Shown piece by piece: positions 12,594-27,563 of a stretch of 64,000 bases of DNA. Below the pieces are notes generated by a model. The model worked only from the letters and a program-made list of their open reading frames with translations. It was not told the origin of the DNA and did not search any database. The stretch lies in contig NC_042998.1 of the NCBI RefSeq assembly GCF_006345805.1, forward strand, positions 120,590,001 to 120,654,000, read 5' to 3'. Numbering within the stretch: the stretch's first letter is position 1; the number at the start of each line of letters is the position of its first letter. The DNA is from Octopus sinensis. Its lineage: Eukaryota. Position numbers and translations under genes: made by a program.

Positions 12594-15429
12594 ATGGATA
12601 TATCTAAGTAAAACATATAATTAACTGAGTTAATTTCCGGTGTGTCTGTATGTAGAAATGTGCTTATATATTTATGTATTCTGGTCTTTAAGAATGCCAG
12701 AACATGAAAAAAAATGTACTTGATACAAAGTATAGTGTGATATAAAATTTTAAAAACTGAATCTTCATTAACATATGTCCAAGTTTCAGCTTATCAGGCA
12801 GTAGTTATTTAATCAAATCACTACTACCTGAGGAAGCAAAAGACAAAACTCAAACTTATGAAATTTCAGCGTCTATTTAATTATATATTCTTTTTTTTTT
12901 TTCTCTTTTATACTTTTTGTATTGAGTACTTTTTTTGTGGCTTAGCATCTCGCAAAGAACATGCCATTTCTGTCTACCCAACATTTTCAAAAAAAAAAAG
13001 ACAATTAACAAAGAGATATCCAAATTAAAACTAGCCCCAAATTTTCTCCATGCAAAATGTCATGAAACTGAAGCAATGATGTAAGCCATATGTATTAAAC
13101 ATGTTACAGAAAGGAAGACTAAGATTATACAAATATCCTTTCTAGGGATAGAAACGTTCTTGTGAGATGGATAAAGATGATCTTAAATTACTAAAATGAA
13201 GAAATAACTTAATATTCCTTGTGAAAATTGAGAATAAAGGAACATTCTTCTACAAAAAGAAAATAGTACCAAGGGAGCACTGGGCCATAGAAACCTTAAA
13301 GAAACCAACCCTAAAGTCTTGAGAGTTTCAAAAAAACAGTTTCAGTACATTATAAAATAGGACCATTCTCTGAAGGAAGTTGTATATTTAATGTAGAGCC
13401 TCAAATGGCAAAGGAAATAATGAATAAACAAGTCAGTATTGTCTTCACAACATTGCTGGTACATATACTAATAGATGACTCAAAAGTTTTCAAAATTGCA
13501 ACTCAGCATAAGGAGTTAGTACTCATCAATTACATTAATATAATATGCATTTAGATAAACTGTACTTTTGCTCAAGAATAGTGTCTGATAGTTTCCTAAC
13601 AGTTCTTTTAAACCCATGCAGAAAGACTAACCAAACAACTTCATAATTCATTGTTGAAAACTTCATTGGAAGTCATATGCAAGCTATTTGGGCTATCATT
13701 TCATAAAGATGTTCTTCTTTGGTGCCACTCATCATATTACTGAATCCTGTTTGTCCTGTCATATGGAAGAAAGCAGACCAGGTGCTAAAAAGTATAGTCC
13801 TTATCTCCCAGAGAGAGAGAGAGAGAAAGAGAGAACTATAATCAGTAAGTTGATGCAGTAAATTATTAGAGAAAATCTACTTACATTAGAAGAAAATTAC
13901 TAGCTAAGTGACTTACTATCAAAGTTTTTATCCAGGTAGAATCTATCGCCACAACTGGTTATTGAAACAGCTAACCAATCAGCAGCAAATATGCTATAGT
14001 GGCCTTTGGGATAATGTATCACAAGGTCCATGGTCAAAGTATAACTGGAAAATTATGAGTGTTCTTGTATTTCTCTTTACAGAACAAAAGTTAAATTGTG
14101 ATCAAAGATACCCTCTAAATAACTGTAACAATTTTCATCAGTATACCCCTGGAAGCTGCCTTAGAACAATTACTGTTTGTAATAGGTCTCAGACACATAT
14201 TAGAATACCCCATCTTACAAACTATATTGATGTATATATGTCATTGTATATATGTTATTATTATTATTATTATCATTATTTTATAATATATATGTGTGTG
14301 TATGTATATATATATATATATGCGTGTGTATTTGTGTGCTTTTAAGTTGAGTGTTCTGTGTATTTTTTGTCTTTGTATGTTCAAGGGTCTGTTTTTGTCG
14401 AGTTTTTCGGTTGTGTAGCATATGTACATATATGGTGTGTGTATACATTTATATATGTGCTTGTACGTTTTTATGGTTTATGTATGTATATATTGGTCTG
14501 TGTATATATATATATATATATTTGCATGTATGCACATATATGTTTGCATGTGTGTATGTATCTCTGCATGTGTATGTGTGCTGATGATGATTATCCACCA
14601 GGTTTAACTTCTGTGGACCTATATGTGGCTATGTAGACTAATGTGTGATCCACAAGTCTGGTTTCAGACCATACATTTGTCTTTTTTTTTTTATGGAAGA
14701 ATAGATGTTGTATTCATCACTTCATACTGTCTTTTACTCTCATTTATTGTTGAGATATTTGATCCACATTGTGTCATAATATTGAGCCCCAGCATAGATG
14801 AGCCCTTTTCACTTTTGATTGTTATTTACCAACAATTCCCACTTGTACATACTGATGCTACACTTTTCCTTGAAATTTCCTTCTAGTACATTTGTGTGTG
14901 TGTGTGTTTATATATTTATGCCTAAACACTGCTTGGTGCTGATATGGTAATTTTCACATTCTTGGCAGTCTGCTGGCACAAGTCAGTCAATGTTGTTGAC
15001 TGTATTTTAGTTAAAGCCATGGCTTTAACTATGTCTGTCCAGAGTTGCCTTTCTTTGGTATTTCCCATTGGTAATAGTTAAGAAGCTAGTTGTGTTGATG
15101 TCTGGGAATCCAGCAGGTGGCAGCACTGGACAAAAATGGTGTTTTTATACCTTTTTTTTTTTTTACTATTAGAGAGAATTTTTCTCCACAGTAACTACAA
15201 TGAGTTAGTAGTTAAAATATTTCACAAACATATTTTGACAAACCTAAAATTCATGCGTGTGTACACGCACACACACATACACACACGTGATTACACAAAA
15301 AAAACTGACCAGCATTGTAAGAAGCACTCAACAATAACAATTAAAACTAAAGAATTATAATGAGAAATTATGACAGACACAATTTTATATCAATTGTTCC
15401 CTGTGCACTTTTCACAAATGTTGCTGTTT

Positions 15430-15555
15430 GGAATGAGTGTATTGGATCTTCCATGTTCAATTGAGTGCTTAACCACAATGGATCATCAGGTTCCCCTGAT
15501 GACCTGTTGTGGTTAAGCATCCAATTGCACTTGGAACATCTAATGGTGTCATTCC
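15430..15555. repeat. Imperfect inverted repeat, ~60 bp arms, 4 nt loop
   Basis: ggaatga..attggatcttccatgttcaattgagtgcttaaccacaatggatcatcagg-ttcc-cctgatgacctgttgtggttaagcatccaattgcacttggaacatctaat..tcattcc. Confidence 0.85.
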
Positions 15556-17089
15556 TAGCAGTAATATTGGTGAAATGTGCATAAGGAAGAATTGTTATAA
15601 AATCGTGTTTGTTATAATTTCTTCTACTTTTGGTCTGTATATATTAACTAGTAATACTAAGTATAGTTGTAACATAAGCACTATACTGGACACAAATTGG
15701 ATGATAAAAATCTACATGAAACTCTAAAATTAACAATAGTGGCCATACATCTAACTGTACACAAATATATGCTCTCTCTGCCCCCCCCTCTCTCACATAC
15801 ACACACACATAAAATATGTCTGTCATTGGTCTACAGCCATGCTGGAGCATCACCTTGAAGGATTTTAATCAAACAAATCAACCCCACTATCATTTTATTT
15901 AAAAATCTAGTTCCTACTCTATCAAAATTATAGAGACACAAAGAAACCAACTCTGAGTGTCAAGAGGTAGTTGGCAGACAAACACAATCACATACACAAC
16001 AGGCATCTTTTGTTTTCCATTTACCAAATCCATTCGCAAGGCTTTCGTCAGCCTGGAGCTATAGTAGAAAATGCTTATCCAATGTGCCATTTCAGTGGGA
16101 CTGAACCAGGAACCATGTAGTTGGGAAGCAAGCATCTTACCACACAGACACACTGATAATATGTATAGATAATTTTATGTCTGCTTTCTACAAGTGTGTG
16201 TGTGTGTGTGTGTCATATGTAAAATAAACAGTATTACATAATTATTCCTGAAGATTTGGGCAGTTAAATGTAGCTGTGTTCAGCTGTACTCATATATGCT
16301 CATTAGGAAATGGTGATGTTCCTTCTCAGTTTGCTGACAAGTACAGTTGACAGCACAAAACTTTATGTCTAATCGTCTATTCTGTTTACTTTTGACAAAG
16401 TTGAAAAGAAAACACATTAAAAAAATGCTGTTGTTTTCTTTAAAATTATCATTTATGCAATCATTCACCCTATCAGAAGAATGTCTTACGTACTTATGTT
16501 TCAGATATGATAATCAAGTGTAGTATAGGAATTATGGAGTTGCATTTTTTTCTCAAGAATCCAAATACACTAGTATATTCTCTGATTACAATAATAATGG
16601 GCATAAAGCTAAACATATCTTTTAAATAGTGTATTTGTAAACTTCACATTAATGGTCCATAGTTGTCGTAGTCCTACTGCATTTATTTTACCAATTTTAT
16701 TCCAAGCTGGCAGCTAACCTTCATATTAGAATATGTGTCAAACAACATCAGGTTGGCTGTTTTCTCTCTTGCAAATATGTTAAGGACTCATTAAAGCTGC
16801 CTCATGCATCATTAGTAACATGGGCAGGAGGCATCTGATCCCAATATATAGTTTATCCTGTGGCTGAATTGTGACTACCATTGTAATTGAGAGTACTTTT
16901 GTGGAATAACTTGTTTCTTTGATGCTTCCAGTTGAGTAATGTGTGCCATTTTTCTGGGAGTATGTTATTCTTTATATTTGGTGTCTGTTTTACTTTGTGT
17001 TTTGTTTTGTTCTCAGTTGCATGGTGCACTATACACACCCACACACACACACTCATGAGATTAGTCTCAAATTGCTAAAATAGATGTTA

Positions 17090-18300
17090 CCTACCAACAG
17101 TAATAAAATTAACTTAAGGCTGTCACTTGTAGAAATTATATATGAAATGCTCCTAGCAAAAATAAAGGATCAGTAAAGAAAATTTGGTGTATAGAAAATA
17201 TCATTACCAACTCTAAAGCTTTCTACAGATTTCAAAAAATAAAAATACAGTTTCAGTACATTACAAACGGGCATTGTTGTAGTGACCTATTTATAGTAGA
17301 CCTATCAAAGGTAAGTGCAACAATAGATGAACAAGAATATTTACACACTGTTCCACTGATACATTTGCAAATATATTGAACCAGATGAGTTCTTCAACAT
17401 ATAAGAGACAAAAACTGATTATGCTCTGAGAAAAAAATTACTTACTAAGTAATACATAGCATAATTTCCATCTACGTAGAAACCTCATCACATGTTTTAC
17501 TCCTGTGAACTGAAGCAGCAGGCTGATCAGTCAAACATAGATATGGTATATCTGGACATTGTGAAGTCTTTTCATAAAGTCAATTATAGGAATGATATAT
17601 TTTACCACAGAACAGTACATGGTTTTGACATATCTAGAAAACTATGAGAAGTTGTTTGACCTTTTGTGAGACAGAAGACAAGTTATTGAATTGAGCAGTA
17701 TCCTTTCAAAAAAACATCAAGTGGGGTGCTACAGGGATTTGTGTTCTAGTCATTACTGTTTATAATAAGTTCAGTTATTTGAAGAACAATTTTTTTTTTA
17801 GTTGTGCCTGTCATACCAAAATATCAACAATTTATGTTAGTATGGTCAAAATCTACTGAACACAAGTGTGTTGTAACATGTACTTTCTCTGGATCAGGAG
17901 CAATTGCAATCCCAGAGTTGGAATCTATTTATAACTTGAGACCTATAATGAATAATGATTTATTGGAATTGAAAGCTTTGCAAAACCTTGAACTGGATGC
18001 TTCAACATAGTACCAAAATTTCTACTTTTGCCATCCCAAGTTAATACCAGATAATGCAAGGGATCCCAGCTTTTCTATATCCTCACTTAAGAGATCTTCA
18101 TGGAGCAGATATCAACACTTGACCATTCTACTGTGTAAGATCTCAGATCAACAGGAATGTATATAACATAAAACTCCATCCTTCACCCAAAAAATTTCAA
18201 CCAATGAAAGTGGAAGTACTGAGTTCAGGAAGATCTTGCATTAACATGGAGTTCTGTGATGCTGTATGCATTTTCTCATTACTTTCATGTTACACAGAAG
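17090..18300 (+). mobile_element. Degenerate CR1-like LINE (RT region); related fragment at ~13000-13800
   Basis: gatatggtatatctggacattgtgaagtcttttcataaagtc translates as DMVYLDIVKSFHKV (cf. D.VYLDF.KAFDKV); agtggggtgctacagggatttgtg resembles SGVPQGSV; shares acagtttcagtacatta with 13338. Confidence 0.6.
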
Positions 18301-19336
18301 CCAATTGGCAAAATAGGGTTTACATTGTGAAATACTACATTACAGCAAGGATTTCAGGAAAGTAACACTTCTAGATGGAGGATATTTGTGTGTCTCATGA
18401 TCATAATGTATGTGTCTCATGATTATCATTTTACATCTACTTTCTCCATCATCATCACTATCATCATTTGAAGTTTGCTTTCCATACTGATATGGGTTAA
18501 ATGGTTCAGTAGAGACAGGGACTGACAAACCAGAGGACTGAGCCAAGCTCCAATGTCTTACCAACCACTTCACAGAGTGCAATGGGTATTTTTTTATGTG
18601 GTACTGGCACTAACCAGGTTACTAAAGTAACTTGCAAGACAAAACACCTCAACTGAAGAGTGGGGAGTAGTATTGAGAAAGGTGGCTTTATGCCAGGTAA
18701 TGAGATATTAAAGTATGATAAGGGGACAGGAACATGTCTTGCCATTGGAAAGATACATGGTTACCCAGTTGGAAGAGAAGGAAGATACCTGTTAAATTAA
18801 AGATGGCAAATTTTTATGTTAAAATGTCTTTTTAATTAATTGTTAATTCTAACAATCATGATAAAATTAAGTTTCATTGAGAGACAGCTATATGGTTTGA
18901 TGGGTTTTTTTAAATTTCATTTATACAACTTGTAGAAAGGCATGACCATTGAAACCTCCTGTTCACACATCAGTTAAACTTAAGCCTGTTTCACAAGGAA
19001 GCAATAATTAATTCCACAGACCTTATTGTCATCCTAATATAGGTATTTTCACTGTGCTTTTGGTTACTTGATTAGCTAACAGGTCAGTAAAATAGTATCT
19101 GAGTCAAACATCTCAACAGAGTCTCTTTTGACAATTGTCTATCATATATATTTATTTACTCTAGCTGCAGCCAGCTCAGCTGTACTTGTTTGCATTACTG
19201 CACACCTCTCTCCTATTTGACTCCATTCACTCGTTTTAGTTCAAGTTTCCTAAAGCATCCCCATTCTCTTCTGCTACACCACATAACCAGAAATATCTTC
19301 ACTGTTTATTCAGATTGCTACTCTTCACTCTCAACA

Positions 19337-19392
<56 letters not shown>

Positions 19393-21199
19393 AAACATCA
19401 TAGCAGCCAAATCTCCCTCAAATCATGACCATCTTTAAAGGGCTGACATATTAATTAATGTCATCCTAGCTGGATACATCTAAAAAGATAGGACGATCAC
19501 ACCCAGAATACCTTATCCTGATCAGCTTGATCAGGATACACCTAGGGTTAGCAGTTCAGTTCCTGATATAAAGTTACTCTCTATCAAGTGTAGATATGAG
19601 ACCATCTGAAAGTAGAAACTCCACTCAACCAGTACTTCTCACTTCCTCTTTCCTGACTTTTTTCCTCTTGAAATTTCTGTTAACTTTTACATGCCACAGA
19701 AAGATAAAGTATGAAAATGTGGAGGTGCAGTAGCTCATAGGCACTGAAGTATTGAGGTACTACAATTTAAAGGAATGGTAGTGGTACTAGTGACATAAGG
19801 TCTGTGCATGTACACTATTATTTATACATGAAGAATGTCGGTGTTATTGCTTGAATTATTAGAACTCGCATTTCCTCACCATACACATAAGGTGTTATCT
19901 ATGCCAATGTCACTACTGCAGCTCTTCATAGTGCTATTATTAAGTCCTGTTTTCATTGTTAAGGCCACAGACCTTTTTTAAAATCTGTTATCAATTAATT
20001 ATACTCAGTGTTGCTTGTGATGATTTCTCATTAATAATCCTCTTCTTCTATTCTGAATGGTTTGTTGGCAGGACATCCAGTAACTGTGACCACCATGGAT
20101 AACTACTTGCTTTTAATTTAAGGTTTTTTCAACAAAGCACTTAGATATTATGACTATACTGTTTCCAGTCACTGTTTTTGCACCACTATTTGTTGCTCAT
20201 TTCCCTTAGTTCATAATTTGTTTCCTTCCTGACATTATAAAGTAATTTTTCTTCATACTCTTCAGGTTTCTTCTTTGTAATCTTGGTCATTATTCTTATG
20301 TTTAGGCAAGCCAGCAAACTCATTTGCTACTATATTCCCTTTCCTACCAATCTCCTTGCTTTACTCATCATTGTCTTCATTGAGACTGTATACTCCATAC
20401 TTTGTGATTGTCTATCTATAGTTTTATAGTGTCTTCCAGTTACGGAAATTCTGCTTTTCTATGAAAAAGTTTGTTTTTTCATTCCTGTTTTCTTAAATGC
20501 TTCTTCCTGTTTTTCCCATTCGCAAATCCTCCTCCTCCATCTTCCAGCAATAACAGTCCATACTGTTACTCAGCAACTCAATAGCCTTGTTGTTTAGCAT
20601 ATTCAACAACTTACAGTTTGTAACTAATTGTGCAAGTCTGTCTGCTCTTGTTAGTCAACATTGTGAAGTGTCATAGAGTGGTTCTGTCAGCTGCATAACT
20701 AAACTAACAGCTCGAGTGGCATCTAGCTTTGGTCATACTTCTACCTACCTACAATGGTATGAGAGTTATCAATATCAATTCAGTACGTACCAAACCAAGC
20801 AAATAGTATTCTGTTACCAGTGTTAGTATAAACCCTGGTAAACGTCTTACTAGTAACCATCAACATTCACCAAATTAATAAATATAGCAGTTATAACACC
20901 AGATTATATTATACATGAATTTTAAGTGTATGTTCTTAATACAAGACAGGGATTCTAGTGAGAATTAGATCCAGCTGTTAAAGTCCATTCTAGAAGCTCA
21001 CATTTTTGCTATAAGAGGAAGGGAGATTTGGTGGAGTTTTATTTTTATTTTTCAGGAAAATGTGTATCACATGAACCAGCAAGTATGGTAACTGACCTAC
21101 ATAGCATCATACTGTCAGCCAGTCAATCATAACATATGATTACTTTTAAGAGTTATTAAAAAAACTTTTCAAAGATCTTTTCTTTTTTTTTGTTTTTTA

Positions 21200-22250
21200 T
21201 AATTGCATAACACATTATTGATACAATTTGCACTTTCTACACATTACTGAGATAATCTGCACATTCTTGAAATAAACTACATACTGTTTATATTACTGAC
21301 TCAATCTAATATATTCTTCACACGTTTTTAGGTAATCCACACTTTCTACTCATTTTTGAAATGCCTTCACATTAATGGGATAACCTATACACTCTTCATA
21401 TTACTGAGATTAATCTACACATTATTTACTTCATTTGAACTGTCTAGTATTGAAGAAATCAACACATTTCTTTCATATTATTTAGATAAATTTCACATTC
21501 TTTGGAGCAACTATACATTGATCATATTTTTGAGAAAATCTACACATTTTTAGAGATAAGGTATGCATTCTTTATATACCTGGGGTAATCAATACACTCT
21601 TCATATTACTGAAATAATCAACATATTCTTCACATTACCAAAATATCATAAACATTATTCAGATTACTAAGATAATCTACAGGTTGTATGCATTTTTGAA
21701 CAATTTTAGACAATTTTCACATTACTGAGCTAATCTACTTAATCTTCACATTTTTCACAATAAATTACACATTCTACATGGTTTGAGAGACAACCTGCAC
21801 ATTCTTCACTCTACTATTGTAATCTATACATTTTTTTTACATTAACAAATTAATCTTACATATTACACATTGACGTAGTTTGTATGTTCTTTGCTTTTTT
21901 AGGTAATCTACTCATTATTGCCAATACTGAGATAATCTGCACATACTTCATATAATTAGGATAACTTACATGGTTTTGATATGATTTGAGATAATTTAAA
22001 CATTCTATATATTATTGAAATAATCTGCACATTTTCAGTGAAAGAATCAGTACATTCTTCACATCACTAAGGCAATCAACACATTATTTACTTAATGTAC
22101 ACATTCTCCACATTACTAAGATATTCTACACATTGAGATAAACTACATATTTTTCACATATTGAAATAATCTTGCTGTTTTTCACATTATTGAGATAATG
22201 TATTTATTTATCACATTACTGAGTACTAAGTAATACTTCACATTATCAAA
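21200..22250. repeat. Degenerate ~29 bp minisatellite (consensus about acacattcttcacattactgagataatct)
   Basis: Motifs cacatt, attactgagataatct and acacattct recur dozens of times with roughly regular spacing. Confidence 0.8.
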
Positions 22251-24433
22251 TTAAGTATTCATTGTGTTGAGACAAGTTTGGGAGAAGATCGGAGTTCTTA
22301 ACCTTTGGAGTACCTACTGTCTTGTTTAGATTGACGTCTGTTTTTAAAAAAAGCAGAAAGAGAAGATGCATTTATGAAATGGGGACAAGAAGAAAGGGAC
22401 ATGAAAATGGAGAGCTATAACTGTTTTAGTAGTAATACAAGAGACAAAGCAATATTATACTGTCAAAAATCTAAGAGTTAATGGAGTATAAGTGTGTTAA
22501 GACTTGTATTGATGTTAGGTGGTTTTTTATTGTTCAAAGCAGTCCAGTTAATGCATTAATCTGACCAGTTTCAAAGAGCCTGCAAAGGACATTTGTATCC
22601 CTCTTCCTCTTCTCTTATAGTTGTGTAGCAGCTATTCTGTCCAAGATATATGAGCATTATCGCCTTGTCAGTCACAGTTGTAATTGAATATATAAGTGTA
22701 CTTCACATAGTTATGTGTCCGTCACAAATTTGGAGAAGATTATAATTATCAGTTCAGTACCATAAGTACAACTATAAGAAATAAGAGTGGAAACCGGTTG
22801 TTGTTCAGTATCCTCAGGTCAACTCTGATTGCACAGACCTATTATCAAAGCATCCTAACTATGACCATATGAGCATTTTTGATTGAACAAGGAACCTAGG
22901 ACTACATTATCCAACTCTATGTTCTTTTTTAGACAATATGGTGTATTTGAAGATTTGGTTGCTATTTCTAGTAGGTGGAACAACCACCCAGAAGTTCTCT
23001 CATTGGTTCAGGAATCAATATTGTTGGTGAAATTAGTGTAGATAAGTGTTGCTTTGTTGTAATGATTAATTAGTTTAGTATTATTGATAAATTCAAGTTC
23101 TTAAACATTTTCAGAGTTAAATCACTGTTAATAATATTATTTGAATAAGAAGAAATACGAAAAATAGTATGTACTTGTATCATTATCACTTGCTTAAGTC
23201 AAATTCATATTTCTACTACCCACTCTCTTGCCTCTAGTAGGAGTTGGATTTTGTATCCTGTATTTAAAGAGTACTACCACTATTTTAAGGTTTATCATAT
23301 TAAGAGTATTTCACCTGAGGGCTACATGAAGCTGGTATTTTTGCCTATTACATCTCTACCTTCTAATAATGAGTGTGTATCTGATCTCTCTTTGCTCAGC
23401 AACTGTTATTGCTGTTAGTAATGATGGTTGATAATGATTAAAATATAAATAAATGAAATTTTTAAAAGTAAATGAGTACAGTAAAATAATTGAAAAAGAA
23501 AATGTTGGATTGATTTAAAGTGAAATACCCAATTTTTGGTACTATTCTATGGCTACTACTGGTAATAAAAAGAAAAACAAAAAGAGTGCAACAAGTATTC
23601 TAGTGTGTGTGTGTGTGCAGTTTATTTAATCTGATCTAGTAGCCTGTTAATTGTCTGATTTAGTGGCCTGTTACTGTGAAGTTTCTTCACTGTGTAGCTG
23701 TTTCTTCAAACAAGTCAGACTGCACCCAGTACATCTTGTAAAGTGGTTGGCAAAATAGGAAGGGTATCCAGCTGTAGGAACCAAGCCTATTGATATACAA
23801 GAGCTCCAGTTCTTATGAGCAGCAGCTCCAATTAAGAAAGTCTTGTACTGTGATGTTATTAACTAGTAGAGAATTTTGTAGCACTGTTCTATATAAATAT
23901 TGGTTAATTACGAACTGTCTGACACCTAATGATACAATCCCATAGAGATGTTAGCATGAGATGCTAATAGGCACATATAACACCAAATAATAAAAGGAAG
24001 TTTCTGTGTGATCCCTCACCCCACAAGAAATAGCAGTCAAATCTCAATCAAATCGTACCTAACCATCTTAGAAAGGAAGGACACATTGAATAATAGAATC
24101 TTAAATGTACATATCAGAAAATAAGATTATATGGTCAGAGATAGACTGTTTTGATCATAAATCTGCACACTCGCAGCTAAACAACATAGAAAACCTCCTA
24201 CAGATCAAACTGTTTCAAATGATATATATATTGTTTGTTTTTATGTTCAGTAATAGTAAAAACAGTTTTGCATTAAACTGACAGGTTTCTGTATATTTTT
24301 GTAGAGTGCAAATTTATTATTCTTAAATAAGAATATTATTGGCAGTGACTTCAAAATCAGATGGTTTAGCTGGCTGAAACTTCAAAGTGACTGTCAATAA
24401 TATTCTTGTTTAAGAATAATATATATATATATA

Positions 24434-24648
24434 TACAAGGGTGTGTTGAAAAGTTTCTGGTTTTAAGGGTATTGCAAAAGGCCTGGTTGGAGGCTCAACC
24501 TTCTGAGTTCTTTTACAGGGCTTAGAAAAACTGAAGGACTGCTACAATAAGTGTGTGAATCTGAGAGGGAAATATATTAAATAAAATCATAATTAGCTGA
24601 TCTTCCTGTATTTTCTTTTACCCAAAGCCGTGAACTTTTCAATAACCC

Positions 24649-24654
<6 letters not shown>
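24434..24654 (+). mobile_element. mariner-derived MITE / internally deleted element
   Basis: Imperfect TIRs (tacaagggtgtgttgaaaagtttctggtttt vs reverse complement tatgaggggttattgaaaagttcacggcttt), TA-repeat flanks, and residual transposase C-terminus LQGLEKLKDCYNKCVNLRGKYIK*. Confidence 0.8.
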
Positions 24655-24696
<42 letters not shown>

Positions 24697-25249
24697 ATAT
24701 AAGCTTTCTTTAATGGTTTAGTCAGAGTAGTTAGGGCAACTCTCATGACATTTATCAGAGTTGCTAAGAATGTTGGCAAGAAGTGATAATTGGACCAGAG
24801 ACCAGGCCTAAAGGCTAGCAACAAAATGAACTCCACTAAAAATAACTATGAAATTAACAGTCTAAAATTTCCCTCTACCAATGCTAATAACAACTCACCA
24901 GAGACATTTAAGTGTATAATTGACATATTAACTTCATTAGAAATATAAATATTTAAAAAACTTTTATTTCTAATGTTTGTCACTTGTTCTTGCTATTTTT
25001 ATTATCTTAGAATTATACCAAACATGGTGAAATGCCAAGCAAATTTTATTCTTCCATTCTATGATTTTGGTATGCCTGCCAACTTTGGTGTAATTATGTT
25101 AAATTAGTATAATTATGTTAAATAGAGTAGTTATTACTTATTTCACATTTTCTGAGGTGTATTAATAAGGAAAATGCTATATCCTGGTAAGTCCTTTATG
25201 GCATTGTTTTAGCTTATCTATGGATTTATTTTTATATGGAATAGGTGCA

Positions 25250-25640
25250 GGCATAGTTGTGTGGGTCAGAAGTTTGCTTTCAAACCATATGGTTTTGGGT
25301 TCAGTCTTAGCCATGGCATCTTAGTGAAGAGACTTCTGCTATAGCCCTGGGTCAACCAAAGCCTTGTGAATGGATTTAGTTGATGGAAACTGAAAGAAGC
25401 CTATCATGAGTGTGTGTGTGTCTTCATGTCTTGACATCACATGATAGTTATAAAACAAGCATTAGTATAATATATATATGGTGTTGTTTACTCCTAATCT
25501 TCTATGAAAATATGTCCAGCCATTGGAGAATATTACCTTGATTGGCAACAGGTGAGGATTAGTGACAGGAAGGGTATCCAGCCATAGAAATCTGCCTCAA
25601 CAAATTCCATCTGACCTATGCAAGCATGGAAAAGTGGATG
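25250..25640 (+). mobile_element. SINE (ggtgcaggcatagttgtgtgg... family) with RTE-like 3' tail
   Basis: Head similar to 49259 (ggttcagtc B-box-like, caaagccttgtgaatggattt...gaaactgaaagaagc); 3' part ggaagggtatccagc...ggatgttaaaatgat resembles the RTE tail. Confidence 0.65.
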
Positions 25641-27382
25641 TTAAAATGATTATGATGAAATGGGTGTTTTTTGTTTGTTTTTCTTTTGTTTTTTTTTTTT
25701 CATTTCTTCAACTGACAAATAACTTGTGTACCACTTCATCTTCTGTCTATCTCTCTCTCTTTCTCTTAGAAAAACAAAAGGTGTAATCATATGAGAGAGT
25801 GAGGTTGTCACAATAGTTTATGATTATATTAATTTAGTGAGTTTCTTCATGCGCCATTTTATTCATATAACACACACACACACACAACAGTTTTCTGTCT
25901 GAGATTTTACTGTCAGAAAAGTGATACATAACCACACAAGCCTGACTATTTATGATAAAATAAAACCTCTAAAGGATATCACTGCTGCATACCTTTTATT
26001 AAATGAAAAATCCATTATTTTTAGAATTGTCAAAACTGTTTCTATCCACAGAAAATGTTATTAAAATAAGTTATAATTTACCAATTTTCCAAGAGCAGTT
26101 TAGAAAGAAATTAATCTTTCAGCCTTCTATCATGGAACATTTCACTCATAAGGAAAAAGAAAATAATATATTCAAATTTAATTTGAATTGCATATTTGCC
26201 TTATGCAAATTCCATTTCGGTGACATTTTTCACAAACTTGAATCTAAAAAAATATCTCTATTGTTTCTAAGTAGTTTCTTTATTGATTGACCTCAAACTG
26301 ATAAATTGAGTTTTTACTGATAAACTATGTCTAACAATAAACTGAATTTCTACTCTTGGCAGTTTCCATTCATGATATTAAATAAATATTTTCAAAAACT
26401 ATTTATCAATATGATTTATGTTTTTTATCTTATTGAATAGTTTTCAATATTAATATTTATTTAACCACCTTGAAGAGCAACTTTTTTTTTTTTTTACAAT
26501 ATATATTAAAAATAACTCAGATTTAAACTTCAACGTACTATGTACTTGTTTGGGAAGTGATGTGATCTGAGATTATGTATTGAAACTGAAGCAGTTACAT
26601 TGTAGTAGAGTCACTTTATATATTCGCTTCTGCTTTATTTATTTGATAATATATTGTATATATATTGTATAGTGTGAAAAACATTTACTGTGCCTCTATG
26701 ACCAGATCTCTAACATCAGGTTAACTATGTTTTGAATGGTTAGCATGACTCTTCCATAATGTAATTGTTTCAGTTTTAAACAGTTTCCCTTTTAATCTTT
26801 ATAAGTTTACAGATCTTATTTGTCATTATACCACAGAAAATCTTTTACAGATTTCAGTTATTGGATTATAGCCATGCTGGTGCACTACCTTCAAGCGTTT
26901 TAGTTTGATTATATTAACCTCAGTACTTACTTCAGTCTTGTACTTAGTTTATTGAGTCACCTTTTGTGATTTAGGGACACAACTCAACACACCATTTTAC
27001 ACTGTCTGCTCATTTACTTGCTTATAGGTGTTCATTGAATCTGATAATGACTTTCTTCATTTGCTGATCCTTTGATGACTACACATTCCAATTTTTGATG
27101 CGCTGAATTAATTGCAGACAAAACATGTAAATGTTTGGTTAGATAGTCCAGATATTGACTTCTCCTGGCAGTGCTGTGTATGTTTCTCCTCCATATCTTT
27201 GATCCTCTCCCTGCCAACATTGATAATACCAAAACGAATGGCAAATAGAAATGTTTTCCACTTTTGAAGGGTTGACAATGTTCCTCTTCAAAATGACCTT
27301 CAGTTGGTCATTAAACTGTTTCTTTGTTCCTTTAGCTAGACATTAACTATGTTCAGTCAGTTGTAAAGGACCTTATACAGTT

Positions 27383-27563
<181 letters not shown>

